Below are positions 50,519 to 64,000 of a stretch of 64,000 nt of DNA, piece by piece (position 1 is the stretch's first letter; every line of letters begins with the position of its first letter). Source of the stretch: Oopsacas minuta (Eukaryota > Animalia > Porifera); NCBI GenBank assembly GCA_024704765.1, contig JAKMXF010000337.1, forward strand, positions 62,001-126,000, in the 5' to 3' direction. A model generated the notes under the pieces. It did no database searches, had not been told where the DNA came from, and saw only the letters and a program-made list of their open reading frames with translations. Made by a program: the position numbers and the translations under genes.

Positions 50519-53500
50519 CATAGGCGGAAACTGTCGGTGAGGCGTTCTCCTGAAGGCACCTTTCGAACCACATGTTTCTCTCGAAACGCAGATTATCAAA
50601 TGGAAGCCACTGTCCTAAAATCCTACCACCCTCTTCTTCAGCTCTTCATGTGTCATGTTTTCCTCTTCAAGAGTGCAGCGAACCTGGTCCACTATTTCGA
50701 GGTCTTGCTTTGAGTAAAGCTGAGTGAGGACCCTCGAACTTGTTTCCATCATTGATAAATAAAGGTCTACGTAAAATGCATATTTTGATCCTCTGTTATC
50801 GCGGCGTAGAAACACAGCCTCTTGCACTTTATGCCCTTGGCAGAGCTGGCATATCTAAATGCAAAGTTTCGAGAGTAATCTCTTTCAAGGAATCGTACAA
50901 GACGTTCGCGTTGGTAATGTTAGCCTCTGCGCAGACGATAAAGTAGTTGTGTTGACCAATCGCCTTCGTCTCCAGGTGTTACTCTCCGTCCCTGGCACAA
51001 TGTGTGGATTGGGTGCACGATCTGCAGGAGTTTCTAAACCACTCGGGGGGAAAATACATCATGAATGTTTCAAGGTTCTGCAAAAACTATCTTCGTTGCC
51101 CTATTCTCGGTCGGTTCGGTAGCATCCTTTTTGAGTGTTTCTAAAAACTCAAGTATTGATGCACAGTGGTCCAAAAACTATCAACTGCTGGTAGACGCAT
51201 GACCCAACGTGTGGGACACAAGGGACGTAAATTGTGGTTGTTGAGTGCTATTTCTCTGACTTCTACCTGGGCCAGCATATATTTAAATTTATCCAACTTC
51301 TTGGGAGAGTTCCTTATGAAGTGGACCACTTCGTTCATTCTCACCAACGCTAGAACAACCTTGGGGATTGACTTCAGAGAGTCCAGTCGACCCCAATTTA
51401 GTTGGTGTCCCAAGCAATAGAGGTAGATTGCCTTAGGACTTCAGCGAGAACCTTTGTCTGGAGGCCGTTATGTCTACCTGGCATACTAGCAGCTCTATCG
51501 TAGCCTTGTCCACGGACTCCCGAGAGTGACAACCTAAAACTCATAAGACATGACATTACGAGATTGAAAAGTGTACTGCATCCGTACGCCTGGTTTTGTG
51601 AAATCCCAAAAACATCTTCGCTTTCCATTTTACTGTTGCAAAAGCGCAGATAAAAAGACACCTACTCTGAGCGGTTTATATCAAGTTTTCTCGTCAATAA
51701 TAATTGATAAAATCGGATCCTTTGACAAGCCATTTGACTCCCTTCTTACTCTGTCTATGAGATCCCTCAACACCGAGTGAGACATTGTCTCACTCGGTAT
51801 ATCAGACAGTGCGATGAGGTACATCAGACAGTGGAAATTTGCAGTATGTTCTTCTTTGCGGTGACAGCGGAGTGAAATCCTTTGCTGACCACAAAAACTT
51901 ACGCTTTCGAAAACAGCTTGCAGTGTTGTCCTATTGACAGAATTTCTTTCCCAACATTGAATATATCCATGATTCTATGGGCTGGCAGATTTAGTGCACT
52001 GTTGAGAGAAGATTCGACATTTCGCTGTATAAGACTCTCAACCTGTTTCCTAATACCATCTCTTCCTTTCTTTATGTTTTCGTTGCCAACTTCCATATTT
52101 TTCCATGGAAAAATTGTATTACTGCAAGTGTTCATGTCGCTAGGCGCAGGTGGTGGTTCTGAAACGCCCAATGACAGCTACCACAGTAGAGTAACCTCAT
52201 GTTCTTGGTCAGCTGTAATCATAAGTAATCTTCGAACCACATCTATCGAATAAAGTGCCCAGCAGCTGTCTTTGACATGGAATTAGGAAGGGTGGCAATA
52301 TGTACCCTAGTAGGTAAAGAATCTCCTGCTGGCATCCACAGGAAACCGACGGGGTTGCGTAGTCTTGGGTTTCTTGGCGTAGTAGACCTGAATTAAGGGC
52401 TGGCCATCTATATGGGGAGAATCCCGAACTACAGTATGTCCAATAATTATTCCAACACATCATTATTTCTATTTCAATCACTGCTATAGTTCTATTTGAT
52501 AAGTAGTAGTTACTGTACTAATACAGAAAGTTAATTGGTATGCATTTGAAGATAAATCTGAAGAAACACAATGAAATTATAATTTTTGCTAATGAGGATG
52601 ACATCATGAGATACGAAGACGTCACCATTTAGCATCTTTCATTATAAATTAGAAAATTCTCTTACCTCTTAGCTGAATAATTAGCATTTAGCGTTGATAT
52701 GGCTCAAGAGGTGATGAGAGAAAAGATCAAAACTCTATTGATAGGCGATAAACATACACCTACTGAAATCTCACGCATTTTAGATGTTGATCGAGGGACA
52801 GTTTACAAGGGTTAAACAAAGGCTCCAAACAAATATGACCCTTAAACAGAAAAGAGGTGATGGTAGACCAAATTTACTCGGCAATTCAATAAAATATGCA
52901 GCTACTCAGTTCATCAAATTGGATCCAGAGACTAGTGTATGTAAACTTACAACAAGGATAGCTAAAACAAAAAAACTGACTGTCAGTAAAAGTACAGTCC
53001 ATCTTACTCTTCAGAAATTGAAATACCCTAAGCCATTTCCTGTCCAGATTCCATTGCTATCTGAGAATAATCGTCTCTTCAGGATTGAATGGGCACAGAA
53101 AGACAAATTTAAACTGTGGTGTAGAGCTATGTTTGCAGATGACGCCTCTTTCTGGCTTAATCATGGGAAGGTTCGAATGTGGACAAAATCAGGAAGAGAA
53201 TGATCACAAAAACAACCAAACACTCACCGAAACCACACATATGGGCTGCATTTTCGTCTTTCGGTACCTTCCATTGAGCATATTTCGTCAGAATTTGGAT
53301 GCACAATTCTTTGTTAAGATCCTTGAATGGCATCTTCTTTCACAGGCTGAGACTTTCCACGAAAATAGATGGTTTCTCGTCCAGGATAATGATCAAAGCA
53401 CCGTTCAAAATTTACCCAACAATGGATCACAGAAAAAATGCCAAATAATGTCTTCCAATGGCTCAGTCAATCACCAGACCTTAATCCGATAGAAAATCTA

Positions 53501-54136
53501 TTCGGCTGGTTGAAAATCAAGTTGTAAAACAACATGCCAAATCACTAGCTGAGCTTGAAAAGTGTATCTAATCAATTTGGGATTCTCTCACACCCGAATT
53601 TTTGTAACCCTATTGGAAGTCTATGACGCGTAGATGTCAGATGGTCGTAGAAAACGATGGAAATAAGATCAAATATTAATCTTTAGTGTATTCTCAACAA
53701 GTAGACAAAACTAGATTATATACTTTCATATTTACTGTTTCCGGGTTACACTAAGAAATCTCCCGAGTGTTGCGATAATTATTGGACATACTGTAGGTTA
53801 TCAGCCATTGTAAGAATCAAATCATGTTTGTTGCAACAATACTCTTTTATACTATTGTTTGAAAATGAAATATAGATTGTAACACCACATGGATAGGGAT
53901 TCTAGGAGTGAATACTATACAACTCAATTAAAAGAGATAACATAAAATCGAAGTGACACAATAAAAGTTATAGAATTATTCGTTTTGGCAGGAAAAATTA
54001 CTAGAAGATAATTATGGTGAAAACATCTTGATGTCGATGAGCAGATCTCAAACTCACAAAATAACCAAATGGTTTTTCAATTTCAAAATCTGAGGGTGCG
54101 ACACCCCTGCCCCCCCCCACCAACTTTCAGCTCATG
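50519..54136 (-). mobile_element. ZMYM-type hAT transposon nested in the outer hAT
   Basis: Ends CATAGGCGGAAAC / CATGAGCTGAAAG; 8-bp flanks TCCCTCTG and CTGCTCTG (5/8). Relics RGQGYD, CLGHQLN, LRPLCPTRW. Removal rejoins the outer ORF as RIDRGKRGILLEN. Confidence 0.75.
52432..53793 (+). mobile_element. Tc1-family transposon nested in the inner hAT, decayed
   Basis: 27-bp TIRs CAGTATGTCCAATAATTAT(TC/CG)CAACAC, TA duplication at 52430-52431 and 53794-53795; GDGRP, FADDASF, LVQDND, PDLNPIENL. Confidence 0.93.
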
Positions 54137-56289
54137 CTGCTCTGTCTATTCTGCTACTGATAATTCGTATTTCAAATTCGTTAATAACGATGTTTTCCAA
54201 TGAGATATTTCTTGAAGCTTTCTAAGAACCATCAATGGTTAATCAAAGTTTATTCCCAAATGATGAATCTTCTGATTGGAAGACTTTAGAACTGTTTTCT
54301 GTAGCATCTGTGAGCTCCATTTCATTAGAGAGAGTTGTTTTCCCATTTCCTTCAATCCTCGATAATAATTAACAACAAAATTTGAGGACTATTGGCTTAT
54401 TCTCTAATCGGACTCGAGGATTATGTAGATATGGAATTATCACAGATACATCCGTATAACGTTCTTTAATAATACGCTAACCGATTGTTTCTAAGATGCG
54501 AGTATCATATTGTGAAGGAGATATCTTGAGTTCATCTAACAAATGTTTTATGGTTGCTTCTACTGGTATCAAATTTGCATCTCAGTCTACAGAGGGCCTG
54601 TATAGCTATCTTCATTGGACTTAAAGCTTCATTAATAGATTCAATTTGAAGGAATCCTATATCACTAAGGCGTATTTGGACCCTAAGGTCTAACAGTGAC
54701 TTTTGAACTGGTAACTTAATCATAATTATTCTCTCAAACAATAGCGAACTCCATCGCGTTTTCAATCGAGGATCAAATTTAATCCATTAGGAAAATTCTC
54801 TCAGCATATTTTTGTAATGTTTCGTTTTTGAGAGGAGAGCGCTTAAAAGTCTCACAATATAACGATAACTTAACTCAATTGGGCTTTCTATCCTGTTGTA
54901 TTTAGGACAGTTAATTCACTACTTTCTTCGCCATCAGAACCGATTTAATCTCCATCGGTCCCACTTGTATCATACAACTCACTGGTGCTTGAAGATAGAT
55001 TATGATAAAATAAGTCTTGTATAACAAGTTGAAGTCCGTGAGCGTAGCACAACTGTTGGAATGGACGTAATAGTCGACCTAGTTTTTTCATCATAGAGCA
55101 GCCATTGGTTGTGATTGCAACTATATCAGTATTAAAATTTATCCCAAATTCACTCAGCTTCTTAGTGATTAAACTTGAATATATTTCCACTGAAAAACTT
55201 CCTCTTATTCTAAATAACTCAAAATTCCAGAAATAACCTTTTCCATGGATAGTTATGTGTATGTATCTTTTATTTTGTAAAGAGGTCCGCTCATCCAAGG
55301 TGAGTCAAAATATTTCTCCAATCGATTTGTGATAGACGAAACTTCTGAAAACCTTTTCATGTAAAAATTTGCCTTATTGCATAACTGGCTCTCATATTAC
55401 AGTTGCAGATTTCCGGAGAGAATGGTCAAGAGCAGTGAGAGATTATCGTAAATCTTGTGATGTACTATAAATCGTTAAAGAAAAGCCATCACAGGTAGTC
55501 ATTCTAGCAAGTGCTACGGGAAGACTTGAATCAGCCATAAAATTTCAAATTTTTGAGGGCACTAACTATATTTGTAGTGTTCAGAGATCCCCTCTCCAAT
55601 TTTACCTTTTATTAGATCAATATTGTGAACTGACTTTAGGTGAACGTGTAAACCTTTTGTGGATCCTCAATCACATTTTAGAATCTTGGTACATTTTGAT
55701 ATCGTGTGAATTTACCCCATTAGATCTATAATAATGTTTCCCAACTTCTGCCCCTCCAAATTTTACAAAGATAACAATTTTTTCTGCTATATTGATTGAG
55801 GAATAAGATTGTATACTATGATTACGATAATTTTCAATGATTTGAATCTACGAATATTTATATAATTCGTATGTTGTCAGGTTCTCACGTTTGTGAATTC
55901 GTTATAGTCTCATTACTAATTAAAGCTACATGATTGAAGAATACATAGTTTAGATTTAGCTTAAACTAAGGTGGAATTGTCTAATCAATCAATTCAACAA
56001 TTAATTGACGACTTACATTTACAGAATATACTTTAGTAGAAATAGGATTATGTATCTTGCGATAAAATCACATTTGAGTTACCTCATTGCATTGTTAATA
56101 TCAGAGAATGAGATAGATGTCGGGATTCAAAAATCTAGTGCTGGGATTGGGACCCCTAGTCCCATTAGAAAAATTCGAACGAAAATTGGTCTTAAGGTAA
56201 CTGCTAAGGGATATCCGACTGGCACGGGAAATATTTAGCCCAGAAGGAAATTCGCCTCAATAGGGTATATATTTGTTGTATTCATTCAA

Positions 56290-56290
<1 letters not shown>

Positions 56291-56326
<36 letters not shown>
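56291..56326. repeat. (TA)18 microsatellite
   Basis: Directly visible. Confidence 0.97.
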
Positions 56327-56329
<3 letters not shown>

Positions 56330-57949
56330 CTTAATACCGTACTAAATTTCTAGTCTCTACAATAACTCATATAGCTCAACATTGAATTTTCTTTGAGCTT
56401 TTCTTCTACACAGAAATTAAGTTAAGCTTTAGGTCTTCTCTGCTTAAATATACTCAAAACTATGGATCTTAATCTTGAGCGTTTTGGTGCTATGATAGTA
56501 TGAACTCCAATTCTGGATTACACCAAAAAATACCCTGAACGCTTTGCAAATGCTTTGGATGGTGGTTCCAAAACTCTTTGGGATGATGCCCCTTCAGCAA
56601 GGTTTAACAAAGTCTTCCCCCCTTCTCAAAAGAGATTGTAAAATAGATCCTGTTATTTGTGAACTGAATCAATATGGTGATAAATTAGTTGTTTTGATGA
56701 AGTTAATAAAATCATACCTAAGAGGCAAATCTCAGACCCAATATGCATATACACGCTAGATTTCATGTAATCAGACAAACGTACGGAAATTGCTCATAGT
56801 CCATACAATTAAAATATCTCCGAATACAAAAGGATCTAGACTAATATTTGGGGTCATGTTTGACCCCACTCCGACGGTACGACAGAAATTGAGGTCATTT
56901 CTTACCTCAGTTATTTAATGGAATTATAGACAATTGGGGTCTGTCCTGACCACACCTAGCAACTTTCGAGATTATATTATCTGAGTCCATTTGTGTACTT
57001 AATTAATTAATACTCATGAGACAATGTGAAGAATAAATGAACAAATGCTTTCAGCAGCTCCATGTCACAACAGATAGCCATTCAAAGTGTTTTGGATGGA
57101 CCATCGATAAAGAGTAAAGATAATTTTCGAAATTTCCTTTCGGGTCAAGCAGTGTTGTGTAGCGACAAAAACACTAAAGAATTTAGCTGATAATACTATG
57201 CTGAACACAAGGCATGTGCTGCAAATAATTTCGAACTAATGTGTTCAATTCCTATCAAATCTCTTAAGTGTAAGTAGTAAATACCTAAATAGTAAATGAT
57301 TTCATAGAATCAGTCAGATTATATTTCAACAAACCTGGCAATATTGTGCTTTCAGGGATAATATAGTAAATATCCTGAATCAATATTTGGTAAAAGTGTT
57401 GAAATTCATATACCAAGTTTATAGATATGTCAATTTAAAAGGAATGCTGGATGCAACAGAGGATGAGTCAATATTTACATACGGGTCCGAAACAGTCACA
57501 AAATCCTGAAAAATCAGTGATAGATTTGGGCTTGGTGAATATTGGAAATTTGAAAAAGTGGATTGAAGTTCGAATCGTGACCCAAAATCTCTAAATTTAG
57601 CGTTTTCATCAATTTGGTACTCAAATTGATAAAAGGTTTTTCTAGGTTTATCAAGGAGGACTATCACATTAGTTTAGTGATGAAATTTTCTTCGAAGAAA
57701 CGGGATACCGCAACTTTTGGCGCATGTTTGACGAGGTGGTTAAATTCAGCCATATTGGGACAAAACTAGAACGTCAAATCGACTTATCAAATCTAGGAAA
57801 TTAATCAGTATTAAACCTTGAAATATGAGAAGTATTTCGAATGCTTGAATAAGATGTTCTATCAAGTGAATTGTAGGAAGTTCTTTTGAATTTTGAATCA
57901 CACTGCCGCCTTTGTCTAGTGGGGACATTGTATTAAGGCATTTGGTGGC

Positions 57950-59163
57950 TAGGGTTGCCAGGAGCCTGGTTTTGGTTATTAATGTCCGGTATTGAGAACA
58001 TATAAGTTTGTAAAATATACCATCTTCATCTTTGTCATTTCTAAATTTCCTATATAAGTGTTATTTTGGGATAATTATAGTCATCGCTGTAGCATCCAAT
58101 TTCACGATCATCGAAACAAGCGAGGTAAAGCACCAAATTTAATACAAAGTAGAACTTAGCAAAGGGCTAAATACTGGAACTTTCTATCCATGAGATTGTT
58201 ATAATATTAGTACTTTTGTTAGATTCTCAAGCTATCTAACTATTAGTTTGTTAATAAATATTTAGCAATTTTTTATAATTGTTGTTTTAAAGTGTATTTA
58301 AATTTGATTAGTAATATGATTTAGACACCTTAATGACATAACACTCTTCTTTTCGCGATAACTTCACGGTTATATCTATAAATTTTAAAGAATTCAAAAG
58401 TTACAGTGAGACTCGTTCAAAATCGGTGAGACTTGGAACTTTTCGTAAGGGAGCAACTTTATCGTATTATAGGTGTATATATATTTGTTTTATGTAACAC
58501 TTGTTGACGCATTTTAAGGTGTTTCTATGAAATATAGCCACATTCCCGTCTTGCTAGGGAAATGATATTCCTCAACATATCGAAGTGGCCGCTAAAAGAC
58601 TTGCTATCTTTACTGATTATGAATATCAGGACAAAATTCGTTTTGATATTCACACCTTCAAAATGTTTCCACCTGACACATAAACTGAGTGAGCATGACA
58701 CTCCGGAACTTGATGAAGGCTCCCTTTCTACAAAGTTCAAGTACCCCCTAGTACAACTATATTTACAATTTGTGCCATGACCCGACTTGTCACGGTTTAA
58801 GCACTAACAGCCCTGACTATTTCCCTCTCCTGTATTCATATCATTATAATATTTAACCTTAATTTTATTAACTAATTTCTCCCCGTTCAAAACTAGATAA
58901 TTAACTATTCGATCATTCTAACCAAATTTGACAGGAAATCAACGCCTATTCAATGTTGTGCGTCGATACTATCTAGTCGTTTCGAGCTCAGCTGTAGTAT
59001 CTGCACCCTGGTCATCACAGATATGCCGAATACAAAATAGAGCGTTCCCTATAGGCAATAGATTCCACCTTCAAAATCTGACATTTGCATTATGTGTATT
59101 TATAATTATTAGAATATACAAGTTGATGTGTCCAGCATTGAGTTTTCAAATCTGGCAACCCTA
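57950..59163. mobile_element. non-autonomous hAT element
   Basis: 12-bp TIR TAGGGTTGCCAG; 8-bp flanks TTGGTGGC and TTGGTGAC (7/8). Confidence 0.82.
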
Positions 59164-59572
59164 TTGGTGACGCCTACCTAAACTAATACATAATATCGCA
59201 TTACTTGGATTTTGCTTTATATCTCAATACTCTACTAAGACATTTACTTATATGCTATCTATACTATCGATGCTCTCCAAGGCAATCGAAGTTCGTTATG
59301 ACGAAATACTAAAAATATTTTCCAAGATGTCCTTCCATCAGACCTACTAAGTATCTACTTAAACGAGAGTTATGGACTAATGGTACACTTATTAGGCCAG
59401 AAGAATTTACGGGGAATATCTGCGTGTCAATTCCTGTTACACAATACCCTTAAGCTACACAAAACAAACGACTACCGTCAGTAACAAAAAAGATAATCGA
59501 GGAACATGTTGTTTTCGATAATGAAATAATGATATTATTGATATGTACACAAAAGAAAACCAATAAATAATT

Positions 59573-60298
59573 TCATAAATATACATGCATAATTTCAGAC
59601 TCGTGCATTTGAAGTGGACAATAAGGACATTTAAACTGCCCATGAGCGCCAATAATCTTTTTTACAGATTCATAACCAATTAAATGTCCACAAATCAACC
59701 GAACTGGTTGAGAACCAACATCTAATGCTTGCTGTCTTAGGATTGGGCAAGCAAAGATTGAATGAAATCTCAAACTTGGTTGAAGGTCAATATCTATAGG
59801 TAATTCATCATATTTGGACAAGACGTCATATTTTTCCTGCTGTTGGATAACAATTTTCATCTTATAAAGATAAGGGATAGTAAAACAACCGGCATCTATG
59901 GCAATACTCAACGGGCATGAAACAGGAATATTCTTTAACAGAAATGCTTCCCTTTTAAAGAGCTCAGCTGCGCCTGTCCAATGGGTTTTCGTGCAGAATG
60001 AAGCATAAGGACTTTCTTGAAAACGAAAAGAAGCGTAGGCAACAGAACCCATTACTTGTTGGACATGTTTAGGGTAACTAGATACCAGATGGTACATCGA
60101 ATTTGCAAATTGAATGGCACATTCAACTTTTCCAAGCATAATGAACAAAAGAAATTGTAATTCAAAGAGTATGAGCTCGAGTTTACTGTCTATCTTATGG
60201 AGAGCCTCTTGGTTCTGTTTGCACCAACCTAGAGCAGGTTGAACATTCTTGTCTAAAATGGAATCTGAAATCATGTTGATTGTATAATACAGTGCGGC
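59573..60298 (-). CDS. RMND5: RMND5/GID2 homologue (GID/CTLH E3 ligase RING subunit), last exon
   Basis: Open frame with QPALGW, LELILFEL, DELPIDIDL, FHSIFACPILR, LICGH, KCPYCP; in-frame TTTAG acceptor at 60299; N-terminal part must lie in upstream exon(s). Confidence 0.9.
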   Translation of the reverse strand, partial: AALYYTINMISDSILDKNVQPALGWCKQNQEALHKIDSKLELILFELQFLLFIMLGKVECAIQFANSMYHLVSSYPKHVQQVMGSVAYASFRFQESPYASFCTKTHWTGAAELFKREAFLLKNIPVSCPLSIAIDAGCFTIPYLYKMKIVIQQQEKYDVLSKYDELPIDIDLQPSLRFHSIFACPILRQQALDVGSQPVRLICGHLIGYESVKKIIGAHGQFKCPYCPLQMHESEIMHVYL

Positions 60299-61537
60299 CT
60301 AAATAGAGAAAAGATTACTGGATTAGAATTACAATTTGAAATACAATTTATTAACATTGAACATGTATAACGCTACAATGGTAGTTTATCAATGTGATAC
60401 AGCCGCAAAACGAGCGCTTTTGGGAGGTAACTCAATCAATTTCTTATCTAGCTATGGGATAAATACAGAAATAAAGGAAATATTATTTTTCTCAACAGAG
60501 AGCTGATCAAAATCATATGAATACTTGACTAAGAATATCCTGCTAAGGTTTGTTATCTGAGAAAATTTCGTAATTGCAAGTGAAAGATATATTTCCATTG
60601 AATATTCATTGAATTGCACACAGGAAAGGTGCATATTCACAATGTTCTTACCTATCCAAAAATTCCAAATATGATTAACTATGACTCCATGAATATATAG
60701 AAAACTTCAATATAAGAAATATGATTGGTATGCAACTACCACAAAAGAATAATCTAGCAGGCGAGAACAACTGATTAAAAGTTGCAGCAGATCAGATTAG
60801 CAAAAGGGCAAATATTTGGGTGAAAATTTATGGTTATTATGTCATGAAAGCTACAAAGTTAGCTGCAATAACTTTGAAAGCTAGTGGGATTCCAGGGTCG
60901 CAACAAGTATTGAGGCAGATAAGGAAATGCGATAATCTTTCACTTGTTGTCTTCCCGTGGACGTATTTGAATAATCTGATTGTGGGAATTACCTCATTAG
61001 CTAAAAGAAATTAAATCGCAACCTGTGGCAATTGCCCGTTCACTAAAACGATACATTTGCAATATTGAACAAAGAATTGAGCCAGAGGATGCAGTTTGCT
61101 CGATTTATCAGTCAATATTCCAATTGAATTCACTATATGGGGATGAAACCGATTCCTGCATTCTCAGTTTCAAACATATTGTTACATGCACAAAGCTTAA
61201 TGAATTTTGTAGTGTCAGAAATATGGCTCCATAGAAATATGTAGGATATGAAGAAAAAATGCTAACCAAACACAGAGTATCAAAAATTGAATAAGTTTCC
61301 AATGACATAATAATTTCATTATACGTGTGAATATTAGTCCAAGACTTAACAACTCCGTGCCGGTCCCAAAATAACCCTGTATGCAAAATTCCATCTTGGG
61401 AGTCTTCTAGTTTCTTCAAACAATTCCGAGCATACAACATCTATAAACACATATACAGTCAAGGGACAAAGGTATTCGACCACACAAATATATTGTCACA
61501 AATTGTATACTATTTCCCGCTCCTATATATTGTGTAG

Positions 61538-64000
61538 CAGGCACGTAGCTAGAGCAAGACATTCAGGGGGGCAAGAAGTATTTCGGGAGGGCAATTGCAG
61601 GGATAAATATTTTTGAAAAGTTAATTACTTGTGTATAACAAGTACGACCCAGTCTCCTTTTCTTAGATGTATAACCTTTTTAATTCATAAAGTACCAGAT
61701 TACTAGGCTAGGGAGCATTAAGATACTAAACTCAATTCAGGGATACTATTTGACATTACAAAAGAAAGCGGCGGTGCTTCATCTGCTTAAAATGTTCGAT
61801 CACATCATTATAACAAAGTGTTTCTGCAATATCTTTTTCAATAGATAACAGGGCAAGATGGTTGAGACGCTCAGTGGTCATTTGTGAGCGCAAACGTGCT
61901 TTTATTCTCTTAACAGATGAGAACATTCTCTCAACCTTGCAAGACGTCTGAGGGATAGTCACAAGAATTTGGTATAAGTTGAAAACATCAGGGAAAATAT
62001 CTTTGTCAATCACATCCAGTACATCAATCAAAGTATTTAGCTGAGATTCATCTTTCCGAGCAATAACCCAACGGAAACTTCTATTTCACAATCTTTGATA
62101 TCTATTGCATACAGTTCAGATAGTGTATTCAATCCCTGTTTGTTAAGAAAGTTTTGAGACCTTGGTAAGCAGCAATCAGCAGCCTTCATGATGCCTGATT
62201 GATCTGTACCAAAACGGGCATCCAATTCTGCTAAGATCTCGCGGACATTTTGGCGTAACAATATTTCAAGCTCTTCAAAGTTGGATGCGTTTGTGTGTCC
62301 AACAGAGCTATTTAGATATCCTTCTCTAAACCTTTCTGGAAGACGCGTTGCCTGATTGTGTCTCTTACATCAAAATTTTCGATTTCATATTTACCGGACA
62401 AATCTTTGGCATATTCGACAACCTTGTCAAAATCGAAATTGATCAAACTTTCCCTCAGATCGGCAAGTAATATCAAACAAGAAACAGTTGCTGTCGACTT
62501 CTGAAAAGCTTTAGTGCAAAAATCAGAGTAATCATACAGCCTACCAAAGTAAACTAAGATGGTCATAAATTTCTTTGTTTGTAGACTACCTAGTAAAGAT
62601 TTAGCTGCTAAACTTGTGTCTGCATCATTATCATTTCCAAATATGCTTAAAGTATCAAGTATGCAATCAAACCGACGCAGAAACCTTTCCACCTCCAAAG
62701 AACGGGAAGACCAACGAGTACTACATGAACGTGTAAGTTCAAGAGCTTGGACGTTGGGATAGCGCTCATCCTGGACGTCTATGAAAACTGCATGTCGCTT
62801 TGTTCCATTCATGAACGAATACGTCAAATCCAATATATCAAAGAAAGATTTCATCAGAGGATGTCGTTCAGCAGTTGCAGCTAATACTAAGTTAAGCCTA
62901 TGTGAAGCACAATGAACATATGTGGCATTGCGATAACCTGCCCCTTTCATGCGGGCTTGGACACCACCGTGTATTCCTGACATAACACTAGCCCCGTCGT
63001 AACCCTGCCCTACACATTTCAGAGGATCGAGCTCAAAAGGCTTAAGTAGCTCTATCAGTTTTTCAGAGATGGTGCCCGCATCCATGTCCTTCAATTCAAT
63101 AAAGCCAATAGCTCTTTCTCGGACATTACCTTTATGGATATATCGCAAAGAAGCACCTAACAACTCCTTCTTAGATGCATCTTTTACTTCGTCAGCTAGA
63201 ATAGCATAACAAGACGCGATTTCTACTTCACTTTTAACATAGTCTAGAAGCACTGAAGCGAGTGATGTAAGCAAATCATTTTGAATATCTGGACTTAGCA
63301 TTTTTGCATTTCCTGGAAGACTTTCTATCCTCTTGGTCACATTGCTATCATATTTTCCTAAAAGTTCTAATATTTCAAGAAAGTTCCCTTTATTAAGCGA
63401 CTGATCTGATTCATCATCTCCTCGAAGAGGAATATCTTGTTTGGCACAAAAAGTAATAATGTCAAGAACAGTCATTAAATGTTTCCGATTGTCATCTATG
63501 AATTTCTCATTTCGAAAATTGGGATCCAGTTGCTTATCTACCGACCCTATTATTTGATGAATTGCCCAGACTTTCTGTGTTTCAACAGCTGCCATATGAC
63601 ACACAGAACTATCGTGCTTCCTGCACTTGTCGCCAAGTTTCCTCCAGTCACAAAGTCCTTTTGTTGAAAACGTTGCTTCAGCTGTTGATCCTCCAAAAAG
63701 CCGACACGGTTGGCAAAATATAGCATCGAGTTCTTTGCTATACTCTATCCAGGAGAATTGGGCATACCAATGAGTACTAAAATGTCTACCGGCCTCATTT
63801 TTTGGGAAGATAATAGAAGGCTGCCTCGGTTTCTCACCATTTTTGGACAAATCATTTACAGTCACAATTGGTGATTGTATATGAGTCGTGTTTAAACTTG
63901 GAGTTGAAATTGTTGTACAAGAATCGGAAGTTAAAGGGGTCGAAACTTGAAGACTCGTAACAACAGGCTCTACCTCCTCATAATTTGAAGAGACGACATG
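61538..64000 (-). mobile_element. ZMYM1-type hAT transposon, continues beyond the window
   Basis: hAT-like end CAGGCACGTAGCTAG at 61538, downstream of the transposase. Confidence 0.7.
61756..63865 (-). pseudogene. hAT transposase (TTF-type finger, DUF4371-like core, dimerisation domain), frameshifted 3' part
   Basis: FCQPC..HDSS..H, NKGNFLEIL, AILADEVKD, GQGYDGASVMSG, YVHCASHRLNL, CSTRWSSR, TSCKVERMFS..RLRSQMTTERL. Confidence 0.9.

Larger units (their letters stand above)
50116..56158 (-). mobile_element. hAT transposon (outer element)
   Basis: 15-bp perfect TIR TAGGGGTCCCAATCC. Minus-strand transposase relics DERTS, CYAHGLQL, KTRWSS (54200-55300) and PPTSVKAERVF..RTKLNDESLD (50335-50520). 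TSD not recovered. Confidence 0.8.

Noticed and set aside
56850-56975. GGGGTC..TGACC motifs reminiscent of a piggyBac end
   Set aside because: No TTAA terminus, partner end or transposase seen.
60288-60300. TACAGTGCGGCC as a Tc1 terminus truncating RMND5
   Set aside because: No partner TIR; the sequence is better explained as the in-frame start of the RMND5 exon next to an AG acceptor.
60820-61440. Short ORFs on both strands upstream of RMND5
   Set aside because: No recognisable family motif and multiple stops in every frame.

Overview
AT-rich animal genomic DNA, judged from a caspase-type QACxG motif, short GT-AG introns and an RMND5 gene; the species cannot be identified from the sequence. 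The window is almost entirely a nested pile-up of DNA transposons: four full-length mariner copies, two Tc1, a truncated maT/DD37D, a nearly intact Chapaev3, several hAT elements and MITEs, a Merlin transposase, two Ginger elements, a tyrosine-recombinase gene and a Gypsy gag-protease relic. Host-type sequence is limited to an RMND5/GID2 gene, an orphan last exon of SPT16 and two decayed caspase paralogues. Four observations stand out. (1) A complete 3.1-kb RAG1-like/Transib transposon (11919-15012) has TIRs starting with the exact V(D)J heptamer CACAGTG, a 5-bp TSD, a RAG1 nonamer-binding-domain-like N-terminal region and no room for a RAG2-like gene. (2) A Ginger transposon (15328-19001) has an integrase followed by a USP/C19-like protease domain with a Cys-His-Asp triad. 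(3) A second Ginger (39396-43748) has an integrase that splices into an open frame and an OTU domain. (4) A zinc-finger tyrosine-recombinase gene regains its reading frame at the junction when a Tc1 insertion is removed. All alignments were done by eye; no database search was run.
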